Of a stretch of DNA of 40,354 nucleotides, positions 18,101 to 26,444 are shown one piece after another. Position 1 is the stretch's first letter. Every line of letters begins with the position of its first letter. Source of the stretch: an uncultured Verrucomicrobiota bacterium (lineage in GTDB: Bacteria; Verrucomicrobiota; Verrucomicrobiia; Verrucomicrobiales; Verrucomicrobiaceae); NCBI GenBank assembly GCA_903854655.1, contig CAINXC010000307.1, forward strand, positions 1-40,354, read 5' to 3'. A model generated the notes under the pieces. That model was not told where the DNA came from. It did not search any database and saw nothing but the letters and a program-made list of their open reading frames with translations. The translations under genes and the position numbers were made by a program.

Positions 18101-21100
18101 ATGGGCCGCCCCATGATCACACGCAGTCTGCTGTCCATCGCCCTCTTCTTCGCCTTCAGCGCCAACGCTCAGGAGCCCACGGGCACGGGCTCCAGCAAGA
18201 CCCGGCCACGGGAGCAGGGTGGCACGCTGAGCGCGGCTGAGTTTGCGCCGCAGGGGATGACGGGCAGCAGCGTGGGCATCACGCTGGATGACCATGGAAA
18301 GGTGTACATCTCCCACACCAACCGCCGCAACAACGGCGAGCTGGACATCCGCAAGAACAAGACCTGGCTGCTGGAATCCCTGGCGCTGACCAGCGCGGAG
18401 GACCGGCAGGCGCTGATCAAGAAAAAGATGCCGGACACGTGGCAGGACCTAGCCCAGTTCAAGGAGAAGATCATCTGCCTGGAGGACACCAAGGGCACGG
18501 GCAGGGCGGACAAGCGCACCGTGGTTCACGAGGGCTTCAACGACCTAGGCAACGGCATCGCTGGCGGTGTGCTGTGGCACGAGGGCGCGCTGTATGTCAC
18601 GGTCATGCCCAGCCTTTACAAGCTCACGGACAAGGATGGCGACGGCATCTTTGAGACCAAGGAGGAGCTGGTGCGCGGCATCGGCTACCACATCGGCTAC
18701 GGCGGTCACGACATGCACGGGCCGACATTGGGCATGGATGGCCGCATCTACTGGAGCAGCGGCGACAAGGGCATCAGCGTGACGCTGAAGGACGGCCGCC
18801 ACATCTACTATCCGGGCCAGGGCGGTGTGTATCGCATCGAGCCTGACGGCAGCGGCTTTGAGGTCTTCGCCCACGGTCTGCGCAACCCGCAGGAGCTGGC
18901 CTTTGATGAGTTCGGCAACCTCTTCAACGTGGACAATGACGGCGACTTCGGCGACCAGGAGCGCTTCGTTTATATCATGGAGGGCTCGGATTCCGCCTGG
19001 CGAATGCATTACCAGTACCGCAGCGACCGCTCCTGGGCCGAAATGGCGGGCTACAACCCGTGGCTGATCGACAACCTGTGGAAGCCGGTGGCGCCCGGCC
19101 AGTACCAGCCCGCCTATTTCACCCCGCCGCTCGACAACTTCAGTGTGGGCCCGGTGGGCTTCGAGTACAATCCGGGCACGGCCTTGAGCGAGCGCTTCCA
19201 CAACTTTTTCTTCCTCGCCGAGTCCTCGAAGGACGTGCAGGCTTTCAGGGCCGAACCGGTGGGAGCGGGCTTCAAAATGGTGGATGCCCAGGCCGTGCTC
19301 ACCGGCCCCTTCATCACCGGGCTGTTCTTCGGCCCCGATGGTGCTCTCTACGGCGCGGACTGGGGCAACAACGAGTGGTCGCCGCATGAGAACGGCCGGG
19401 TGCTGAAGCTGGATGACGGCGAAGCCACGCACGATTCCCGGCGCGAGAGCGTGCGCCTCATGATTGCCGAAGGCATGGCGAAGCGTCCGGTGAAGGAGCT
19501 GGCCGATTTGCTGGGCCATGCGGACCAGCGCATCCGCTTGAAGGCGCAGTTCGAGCTGGTGAAGCGCGGCGATTTGGCGACGCTCGCCAAAGTGGCTGCT
19601 GAAGGCGCTCCTTTGCTTGCCCGGGTTCATGCGGTGTGGGGTGTGGGCCAGCTTGGCCGCAAGGACAGCGCCGCGATGGCGGGAGTGCTGCCCTTGCTCG
19701 AAGACAAGGAGGCCGAGATGCGGGCGCAGACGGCGCGCATGATGAGCGATGCCGGTTACAAGCCCGCCGCCGAGAAGATTGGCAAGCTGCTGGCGGATGC
19801 CTCGCCGCGTGTGCGTTCGCTCGCCGGCGTCGCCTTGGCCAGGATCGGAGCTCCGGCGCAGTTCGGTCAGGCCGTGGCCATGCTGGCGGCCAACAATGAC
19901 GAGGACAAATTCGTGCGCCATGGCGGCATGATGGCGCTCAGCGGCAGTGACCGCACCCGGCTTGCCTCGCTCGCAAGCCACCCCTCAAAGGCCGTGCGCC
20001 TCGCCGCCGTGGTCGCCGCCAGGCAGTCGAGTGATCCAGCCGCCGCCGCCTTCCTCAATGACCCCGAAGCGGTGGTCGTGGGCGAAGCCGCCCGTGCGAT
20101 CCACGACGATCTCTCCATCCCCGAATCCCTGCCCGCATTGGCGAAGGTGCTCGACAAGCCCGGCCTCACGGATGATGCCACGCTGCGCCGCAGCATCAGC
20201 GCCAACATTCGTGTGGGCGGCAGGGAGCAGGCGGCCCGCCTGATGGACTATGCCCTGCGCAAGGAAGCCCCGGCAGCGATGCGTGCGGAGGCCCTGGAAA
20301 CGCTCGCGCTGTGGCCTGCGGGCCTGGCGTTTGACCGTGTGCAGGGCTTCCATCGCGGCCTGCCCAAGGGGGATGCCGAAGTGGTGGCGGCCCTGTTCGC
20401 CAAGGCCTTCGAAAACCTGCTGGGCGACAACTCCATGGCAATCCAGACGGCCACGGCCAAGCTGGTGCGCGCCCTTCACTACAAGCCCGCCATCGACAAG
20501 CTGACCAGCATGGCGCTCGATGAAAAGCTCGATCCCGCCACGCGCGCCGTGGCCCTGGAATCCATCGCCGTGGCCCGTGCGCCGAAGCTGCCGCAGGCGA
20601 TTGTTCTCGCCATCAAGTCCGAGCTGCCCCTGCTTCGGGTCGCCGCGATCAGCGCAATGGCGGAATCCAGGCCGGACGACAAGCAAACCTTTGCCGCCAT
20701 CACTGCCGCCCTGAATCGGGGCGTGGTGGAGGAGCAGCAGCCGGTCTTTGCCCTGCTCGGTGCCATGCGTGGCTCCCAGGCCGAAAAGGTGCTTGGCACG
20801 TGGACCGCCCAGCTTGCTGCTGGCAAGGCCTCCCCCGCCATCGCGCTGGACATCTATGAGGCCGCCCTGGCAACGAAATCCAAGGAGCTGAAGAAGTCGC
20901 TGAAGCCGCTCGATGCCCGGCTCAAGAAGGTGAAGTACGGGGCCTGGACTCTGGCCCTGGAAGGCGGCAATGCCGAGGAGGGCAAGGCCATCTTCCATGG
21001 CAGCACCACCGCCGCCTGCATGCAGTGCCACACGATGACGGCGGGCATTCCTTCGGTGGGACCGGACCTCTCGCACGTGGCCTCGCGCTTGAAGCCCGAT

Positions 21101-21382
21101 CACCTCTTGCAGGCCGTGGTCGATCCGCAGTCGGAGATCGCCGAGGGCTATGGCTTGATCAGCGCCACGCTGAACAATGGCAGCATCGTCTCCGGCCTGC
21201 TGGCGAAGGAAACGGACAAGGAAATCGTGCTGCGCCTGCCCGCCACCGCGATCACCAACACGGTTCCGAAAGCCGACATCGCCTCCCGCACCAAGCCCGC
21301 CAGCGCCATGCCATTGATGACTTCGCTGCTCACCCGCATGGAGGTGCGCAACATAGTCGCCTACCTGCAAACGCTGAAGTAG
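18101..21382 (+). CDS. membrane-bound/periplasmic dehydrogenase-domain protein with HEAT repeats and a C-terminal CxxCH cytochrome c domain (PVC-type)
   Basis: Signal peptide (MGRPMITRSLLSIALFFAFSANA). The N-terminal region is a glucose/sorbosone-dehydrogenase-like beta-propeller. The central region carries HEAT/PBS-lyase-like repeats. Heme motif ACMQCH lies near the C-terminus. ~1090 aa from the ATG at 18101. Confidence 0.85.
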   Translation: MGRPMITRSLLSIALFFAFSANAQEPTGTGSSKTRPREQGGTLSAAEFAPQGMTGSSVGITLDDHGKVYISHTNRRNNGELDIRKNKTWLLESLALTSAEDRQALIKKKMPDTWQDLAQFKEKIICLEDTKGTGRADKRTVVHEGFNDLGNGIAGGVLWHEGALYVTVMPSLYKLTDKDGDGIFETKEELVRGIGYHIGYGGHDMHGPTLGMDGRIYWSSGDKGISVTLKDGRHIYYPGQGGVYRIEPDGSGFEVFAHGLRNPQELAFDEFGNLFNVDNDGDFGDQERFVYIMEGSDSAWRMHYQYRSDRSWAEMAGYNPWLIDNLWKPVAPGQYQPAYFTPPLDNFSVGPVGFEYNPGTALSERFHNFFFLAESSKDVQAFRAEPVGAGFKMVDAQAVLTGPFITGLFFGPDGALYGADWGNNEWSPHENGRVLKLDDGEATHDSRRESVRLMIAEGMAKRPVKELADLLGHADQRIRLKAQFELVKRGDLATLAKVAAEGAPLLARVHAVWGVGQLGRKDSAAMAGVLPLLEDKEAEMRAQTARMMSDAGYKPAAEKIGKLLADASPRVRSLAGVALARIGAPAQFGQAVAMLAANNDEDKFVRHGGMMALSGSDRTRLASLASHPSKAVRLAAVVAARQSSDPAAAAFLNDPEAVVVGEAARAIHDDLSIPESLPALAKVLDKPGLTDDATLRRSISANIRVGGREQAARLMDYALRKEAPAAMRAEALETLALWPAGLAFDRVQGFHRGLPKGDAEVVAALFAKAFENLLGDNSMAIQTATAKLVRALHYKPAIDKLTSMALDEKLDPATRAVALESIAVARAPKLPQAIVLAIKSELPLLRVAAISAMAESRPDDKQTFAAITAALNRGVVEEQQPVFALLGAMRGSQAEKVLGTWTAQLAAGKASPAIALDIYEAALATKSKELKKSLKPLDARLKKVKYGAWTLALEGGNAEEGKAIFHGSTTAACMQCHTMTAGIPSVGPDLSHVASRLKPDHLLQAVVDPQSEIAEGYGLISATLNNGSIVSGLLAKETDKEIVLRLPATAITNTVPKADIASRTKPASAMPLMTSLLTRMEVRNIVAYLQTLK

Positions 21383-21383
21383 G

Positions 21384-22259
21384 TCACTCCACGTTTTGCA
21401 CCTGCTCGCGCACCTTTTCGATCTCGCTCTTGGCGGCAACGACGAGGTGGGCGAGTTCGGCGTTGTTCGCCTTGGATCCCATGGTGTTGAACTCCCGTGA
21501 CAGCTCCTGCGTCAGGAAGTCCATGCTGCGGCCCATGGCTTCCTTTGCGGCCAGGTACTTGGCGAACTGGTCCAGGTGACTGCGAGCGCGTGTCAGTTCT
21601 TCGCTGATGTCACAGCGGTCGGCAAACAGGGCAATCTCCTTGATGAGGCGCTCGTCGCTGAGATCAACCGGCAGCCCCGCATCCTGGAGGCGCTGCATGA
21701 GCGCCTTGCGGTACTGGCCCGGCACTTCGCCGGCCTTGGCGCGGATGCCCTCCAGCAGCCCTTCGATTTTGGAGAGGCGTGTTTCGATGTCGCGCTTCAG
21801 GCTGGCACCTTCCGCAGCACGCATGGCAATGAAGGGCTTCAGAGCCTCGCGCAGGGCTTTTTCGATCAAGGGCCAGGCGGTCTCAGGTTCCACCGTGGTC
21901 CGCTCCAGTTCGATCACCCCGCTCCAGCGCAGGGGGTCCAGCGCCGCATTGCCCTGGGGAAGGTTCAAGGTTTCAGTCAGCTTTTGAATTGCGGCAGCGT
22001 ACTGCCAGGCCAGGGTCTCATCCACTTTCAGTCGTGCTCCACCGCCCTGCGCCGCGTCGCAACGCACATGCACGTTCACCCGGCCACGTGAGCAATGGCC
22101 GGCCACCTCGTTGCGAACGGCCTGCTCCAACTCGTTCAGTTCGCGCGGCAGCCCAGCCACCACCTCAAGCTGCTTGCGGTTCACGGAACTGACTTCAACG
22201 CACCAAGTCACGCCTTCGCCTGCCGCGTCCGCGCGACCAAATCCTGTCATGCTGTTCAT
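21384..22259 (-). CDS. yicC: YicC-family protein
   Basis: N-terminal MNSMTGFGRA…, the YicC N-domain and the C-terminal DUF1732-like region (…LTQELSREFNTMGSKANNAELAHLVVAAKSEIEKVREQVQNVE) are characteristic. The start is set at the internal ATG, not the long ORF. Confidence 0.8.
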   Translation of the reverse strand: MNSMTGFGRADAAGEGVTWCVEVSSVNRKQLEVVAGLPRELNELEQAVRNEVAGHCSRGRVNVHVRCDAAQGGGARLKVDETLAWQYAAAIQKLTETLNLPQGNAALDPLRWSGVIELERTTVEPETAWPLIEKALREALKPFIAMRAAEGASLKRDIETRLSKIEGLLEGIRAKAGEVPGQYRKALMQRLQDAGLPVDLSDERLIKEIALFADRCDISEELTRARSHLDQFAKYLAAKEAMGRSMDFLTQELSREFNTMGSKANNAELAHLVVAAKSEIEKVREQVQNVE

Positions 22260-22403
22260 GCGCGATGCTGTGGCGCACCCAGCCAGGATTGCAAGACGTG
22301 GACTTGTCTTTTGCTCCCGGTGGAATAGGCTCGCACTGCCATGGTCGCCATCACCAGTGCCCGACAATCCAAGCCAGCCGCACGCAAAGCCGGCTCGTCG
22401 CGC

Positions 22404-22985
22404 ATGAATGTTCCCGCGCGCACCGAAAGAGTGGCTCCCGCCCCTTTCCAATTCACCGTGGCAGAATATTACCGGCTTGGTGAGTGTGGGTTTCTAAACC
22501 CGGATGGGAGAGTCGAGCTGATAAATGGACAAGTTGTCATGATGCCGCCCATTGATCCTCCGCACGCTTTTGGAACCCACAAGACCGAAAAAAAGCTGGA
22601 GCGACTGCTTGGTGAAAGCTTTGATGTCCGTTGCCAGCATCCACTCACACTCAACGAGACGAATGAGCCGATGCCTGATCTCGCGGTGGTCATTTCCAGG
22701 GATTATTCATCGAAACACCCGGGACCTGCCGACACCTGCCTGGTCATCGAGGTTGCCGACAGTTCTCTGAAACAGGACCTCACGACGAAGCGTGACCTTT
22801 ACGCCCAAGCGGCCATCAAGGAGTACTGGGTGCTCGACATCTGCAATCGACAATTGCACGTCTTCACCAAACCTCGCAAAGGCAGCTACATGGAGAGCCG
22901 CATCTTTGCCGAAGTTGAAGAGGTAACTTGTTCGACGGTGAAGGCGCTGCGGCTAAAAGTGAAAGAGCTTCTGCCTACCGCCTGA
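22404..22985 (+). CDS. Uma2-family (DUF820) putative restriction-endonuclease-like protein
   Basis: Typical Uma2 sequence FTVAEYYRLGECGFL…RVELINGQVVMMPP…PDLAVVISRDY…YWVLD. 193 aa from the ATG at 22404. Confidence 0.75.
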   Translation: MNVPARTERVAPAPFQFTVAEYYRLGECGFLNPDGRVELINGQVVMMPPIDPPHAFGTHKTEKKLERLLGESFDVRCQHPLTLNETNEPMPDLAVVISRDYSSKHPGPADTCLVIEVADSSLKQDLTTKRDLYAQAAIKEYWVLDICNRQLHVFTKPRKGSYMESRIFAEVEEVTCSTVKALRLKVKELLPTA

Positions 22986-24173
22986 TCACCTCACCAGATC
23001 CAGGACAAGCTCGTTGGCCCCTTCCTTGATCTCCACGGTCAAAGGCTGGCCCTTGTTCTCGCTGGTGGAGGCGGTGCCGTCGGGAGTGTCGAGCCCGGGA
23101 ACATCGGCGGCGCTGTAGGTGGCGGTCATCTTGTTGGTGCCCACAGGCGCCCCGTTGGCGGCGTCGAGCTTGAACTTGCCGCCCATGATGCGTGCAGTCG
23201 GGCGCGGGGCGTTGGGATCAGCGCCCTCAAAGGCCACGGCACCCCAGCTCACCGGCTTGCCATTGATGGTAATCCTGCCGGTGACTGCCGCGCGTTTCAC
23301 CGGGCTCATGAAACCCCGGTTGCGCAGCCAGGCGGCGAGATGCTGCGGCCAGGTGCCCAGCACGGGGTCGCCCTGCATCAGCCCCACCCCGTGCGGTCCG
23401 GGTTGATACAGGTGCAGCTCGGCAGGCACCTTGTGCTTGCGCAAGGCAAGGTAGAAACTGATGGCGTTCTCGGCGGGAACGACGGTGTCTTCATCCGTTT
23501 GAAAAATGAAGCAGGGCGGCGTTTTATCCGTGACGCGGGTTTCGGTGCTGACCTGTCGGGCCAGATCGTCGTTGTCATTTGGGCCCAGCAGGTTCTTGCG
23601 CGAGCCCTTGTGGCCGAAGCTCTCGATCATCGAGATCACGGGATAGCAGGGCACTGCCACATCGGGACGCGAGCTGACGCGGTCAACCGGGTCTTCTGCA
23701 TCGGCTTTGCCATCCTCGAACAAAGTCGCTGCCATGGAAGTGAGGTGCCCGCCGGCGGAGAAGCCGATCACGCCGATGCGTTGTGGGTCGATGCCGTACT
23801 GGGCGGCATTGGCCCGCACCAGGCGGATGGCGCGCTGCACGTCATTGAGTTCAATCGGGAAGTGGTAGCCCTTGCTCCCCAGCCGGTAGTGCAGGACAAA
23901 GGCGCTGATGCCCAGGCTGTTGAAGAACTTCGCCGGCTGGATTCCCTCATGGTCGGCCGCGAGCCCGCCGTAGCCGCCGCCAGGGCAGACGACGAAGGCG
24001 GCGCCGTTCGCTTTGTCTTTGGGCGCCTGCCACAGGTCCACCCATGGCTGGTCCGTGGGCTCGTCGCCATGCGCGCCGGGCGCACCTTTGGGCCAAAGCG
24101 GGACCTTCGGAGCCTCTGCCTGTGCGACGGTGGTCAGCAGCAGGCCCAACATGAGTTGATAAATTCTGTTCAT
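22986..24173 (-). CDS. secreted alpha/beta-hydrolase (carbohydrate/acetyl esterase-like) with a C-terminal ~100 aa extension
   Basis: Signal peptide. Oxyanion region VVCPGGGYGG and nucleophile elbow GFSAGGH. An extra C-terminal domain is present. Convergent with the Uma2 gene with zero spacing (TGATCA). Confidence 0.8.
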   Translation of the reverse strand: MNRIYQLMLGLLLTTVAQAEAPKVPLWPKGAPGAHGDEPTDQPWVDLWQAPKDKANGAAFVVCPGGGYGGLAADHEGIQPAKFFNSLGISAFVLHYRLGSKGYHFPIELNDVQRAIRLVRANAAQYGIDPQRIGVIGFSAGGHLTSMAATLFEDGKADAEDPVDRVSSRPDVAVPCYPVISMIESFGHKGSRKNLLGPNDNDDLARQVSTETRVTDKTPPCFIFQTDEDTVVPAENAISFYLALRKHKVPAELHLYQPGPHGVGLMQGDPVLGTWPQHLAAWLRNRGFMSPVKRAAVTGRITINGKPVSWGAVAFEGADPNAPRPTARIMGGKFKLDAANGAPVGTNKMTATYSAADVPGLDTPDGTASTSENKGQPLTVEIKEGANELVLDLVR

Positions 24174-24224
24174 CGGATGCGAATTCAGTTAACCCCGCCC
24201 GGCCAACCCGTTCTTTCATCAACC

Positions 24225-25139
24225 ATGCTCAGCCGCCGCCACTTCCTCACCGCTTCGCTCGGCACTCTCGGGGTGTCCGCCCTGCCCGCCATGGAACCCA
24301 TCAAGCGAGCAGGCAAACCGCACATGATGCTGGGTGTGGCCGGCTACAGCTTCCGCAACTACTTCCAGTGGTCGCGGGGCAAGGAGCAGCCAGCGAAGGA
24401 TGGCCGGAAGCCCTGGAGCATTCTCGACTTTGTGGACTGGTGTGCAGACAACAATGTGCCTGGCGCCGAAGTCACCAGCTACTTCTTCCCGCCGGACTGC
24501 GATGAAGCGTTCTGCCTGAAGCTGCGACATCACGCTTTCATGCGCGGCGTGCAGCTCTCCGGCGGTGCGGTGGGCAACAACTTCGCCCTGCCCAAGGGCT
24601 CGAAACTCGACGAGCAGATCGCCTACACCAAGAAATGGATCGATTTTTCCGCGATCATGAATGTGCCGCATGTGCGCGTGTTTGCCGGTGTGCCTCCCAA
24701 GGGAATGTCGCTGGACGAGGCGATCAAAAACTGCATCGAGAGCTACCAGATTGTGCTCGATTACGCCGCCACCAAGGGCGTGGTCCTGGGCGTGGAGAAC
24801 CACGGCGGCATCGTTGCCGAGCCGGAGACGTTGATCCACATCATGAAATCGGTGAACAGCGACTGGGCCGGCGTCAATTTCGACAGCGGCAACTACATCA
24901 CCGAAGACCCTTACGCCGACCTGGCCAAGATCGCGCCGTACGCAGTGAACGTGCAGTTCAAGGCGGACATCAAGCGCAAGGGGGCGGACAAGGAGGAGCC
25001 CAGCGACACCGGTCGTGTGGTGCAGATCCTGAAGGATGCCAACTACCAGGGCTGGTTCACGCTCGAATACGAGCGCAATGACGATCCCTTTGTCTCGGTG
25101 CCAAAGGTCCTGGCGGAGATGCGCCGATTCATCGCCTGA
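24225..25139 (+). CDS. sugar phosphate isomerase/epimerase (xylose-isomerase-like TIM barrel) with twin-arginine (TAT) signal
   Basis: The N-terminal MLSRRHFLTASLGTLGVSALPA is a TAT motif. The TIM-barrel sugar isomerase pattern follows (…GVENHGG…, …NFDSGN…, …FTLEYE…). Confidence 0.8.
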   Translation: MLSRRHFLTASLGTLGVSALPAMEPIKRAGKPHMMLGVAGYSFRNYFQWSRGKEQPAKDGRKPWSILDFVDWCADNNVPGAEVTSYFFPPDCDEAFCLKLRHHAFMRGVQLSGGAVGNNFALPKGSKLDEQIAYTKKWIDFSAIMNVPHVRVFAGVPPKGMSLDEAIKNCIESYQIVLDYAATKGVVLGVENHGGIVAEPETLIHIMKSVNSDWAGVNFDSGNYITEDPYADLAKIAPYAVNVQFKADIKRKGADKEEPSDTGRVVQILKDANYQGWFTLEYERNDDPFVSVPKVLAEMRRFIA

Positions 25140-25217
25140 TCCGGGTCGATCAACCCCTGCGGAGGAAGTGAACCAGTTTCCCCTTGCGCCGGGGGGGCAT
25201 TCGGACCAAGGGAAAAA

Positions 25218-26444
25218 GTGCCTGTGCAGCCAATCAACACAGAGCGCTTCAAGCTCGCGGCGCTGTTCTTCATGACAGCGCATGCCCTGGCGCTGTGGAG
25301 CGTGACCTTCAGCAAAGTGCTGAAGGCCTACGGGTATGAGGACATCATCCCTTACGTGGGCAACACCAGCGTCACCGCCTCGCTGGCGGCGATTGTTTCG
25401 CCCCTGATTGTGGGCGCCCTGGCCGACCAGCGCTATTCCAGCGAGCGCGTGCTGCGCTGGCTTTGCCTTGGCTCCGGGTGTTTCATGGCGCTGATGTTCC
25501 ACGCCATTCAGCATCACTGGCATTGGGCGCTGGTGGTGGGCCTGGCGCAAATCCTGGCGCTCTGGGCCATGCCGGCCTTTGGCCTGAGCACCAGCCTTGT
25601 GATCGCCCGCCTGAGCAATCCCCGGCAGCAATTCGGTCCGGTTCGCGCTGCCGCCACCCTGGGCTGGATCGTCGCGGGCGTCATGGTGAGCTGCGTGCTT
25701 CACGGCGACTCAAGCGTGATCGTGGGCTATGCCTCCGCCATTGCCTGGATCCTGGTCATCGCCGTCACCTACACCCTTGATCCGGTGCCGCCGCCGGCCA
25801 GCAAGGAGCATCGCAGTTGGGCTGACATTCTGGGCCTGGAGGCCTGGACGCTGCTCAAGAACCCGGACCATCGGGTGGTCTTCATCGGGGCCGCCTTGTT
25901 CAACATGCCGTTGGCGGCCTTTTACCAGTTCACCCCGCTGCATCTGGATGCCCTGGGTTCCGCCAATGCCGGTCTCAACATGAGCATCGGCCAGATCATG
26001 GAAGTCGTCGGCCTGCTCTCGCTCGCAGCCTTGCTCACGCGCTTCCGGCTCAAATGGCTTTTCCTCTGGGGCATTGGCTTCGGGGTGCTGCGGTACGTCT
26101 TCTTTGCGATGAACAGCCTTGCCACCCTGCGTGCCGGCATCTTCATGCACGGCATTTTGTTCACGCTCTTCTTCATGACGGCGCAGATCTACCTGGAGCA
26201 GCGCATTCCGGCGGCCATGCGCTCGCGTGCCCAGGCCCTGCTTTCGCTGATGATGTCGGGCTTCGGCAATCTCATCGGTTCGCTCGGCTGCGGCTGGTGG
26301 TGGCATGCCTGCACCAGGAATGACCGGACGGACTGGCACCTGTATTGGAGCGGCCTGGCAGGCGTGATCGCCTTGATCTTTCTCTGGTTTGCCATCAGTT
26401 ACAAAGGTCGTCATCGGGTCGATGGCGTTCATGACCGGGCATGA
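25218..26444 (+). CDS. MFS transporter, nucleoside:H+ symporter-like (12 TM)
   Basis: ~12 hydrophobic helices, 408 aa, overall similar to NHS/MFS_1 permeases. The stop overlaps the next gene's start as ATGA. Confidence 0.7.
   Translation: MPVQPINTERFKLAALFFMTAHALALWSVTFSKVLKAYGYEDIIPYVGNTSVTASLAAIVSPLIVGALADQRYSSERVLRWLCLGSGCFMALMFHAIQHHWHWALVVGLAQILALWAMPAFGLSTSLVIARLSNPRQQFGPVRAAATLGWIVAGVMVSCVLHGDSSVIVGYASAIAWILVIAVTYTLDPVPPPASKEHRSWADILGLEAWTLLKNPDHRVVFIGAALFNMPLAAFYQFTPLHLDALGSANAGLNMSIGQIMEVVGLLSLAALLTRFRLKWLFLWGIGFGVLRYVFFAMNSLATLRAGIFMHGILFTLFFMTAQIYLEQRIPAAMRSRAQALLSLMMSGFGNLIGSLGCGWWWHACTRNDRTDWHLYWSGLAGVIALIFLWFAISYKGRHRVDGVHDRA

Noticed and set aside
18545-21439. Two long minus-strand ORFs (478 and 484 aa) inside the giant dehydrogenase gene
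   Set aside because: They are antisense to a gene with recognisable propeller, HEAT and CxxCH domains. Arg/Gly/Ala-rich artefacts of GC-rich DNA.
23340-24224. N-terminal 295-codon extension of the sugar isomerase ORF
   Set aside because: It is antisense to the esterase gene. The TAT signal (RRHFL) begins at the ATG at 24225, which marks the true start.
24219-25703. 494-aa minus-strand ORF antisense to the isomerase and MFS genes; similar antisense ORFs at 26456..27766, 29414..30667, 34927..36492, 39178..40353, 12088..13233, 7169..8269, 3278..4096 and 34107..34967
   Set aside because: Each overlaps a plus- or minus-strand gene with strong family signatures (MurQ, flotillin, bioA/SASA, ppdK, ilvC, efflux adaptor). 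Their translations are low-complexity. Treated as non-coding.
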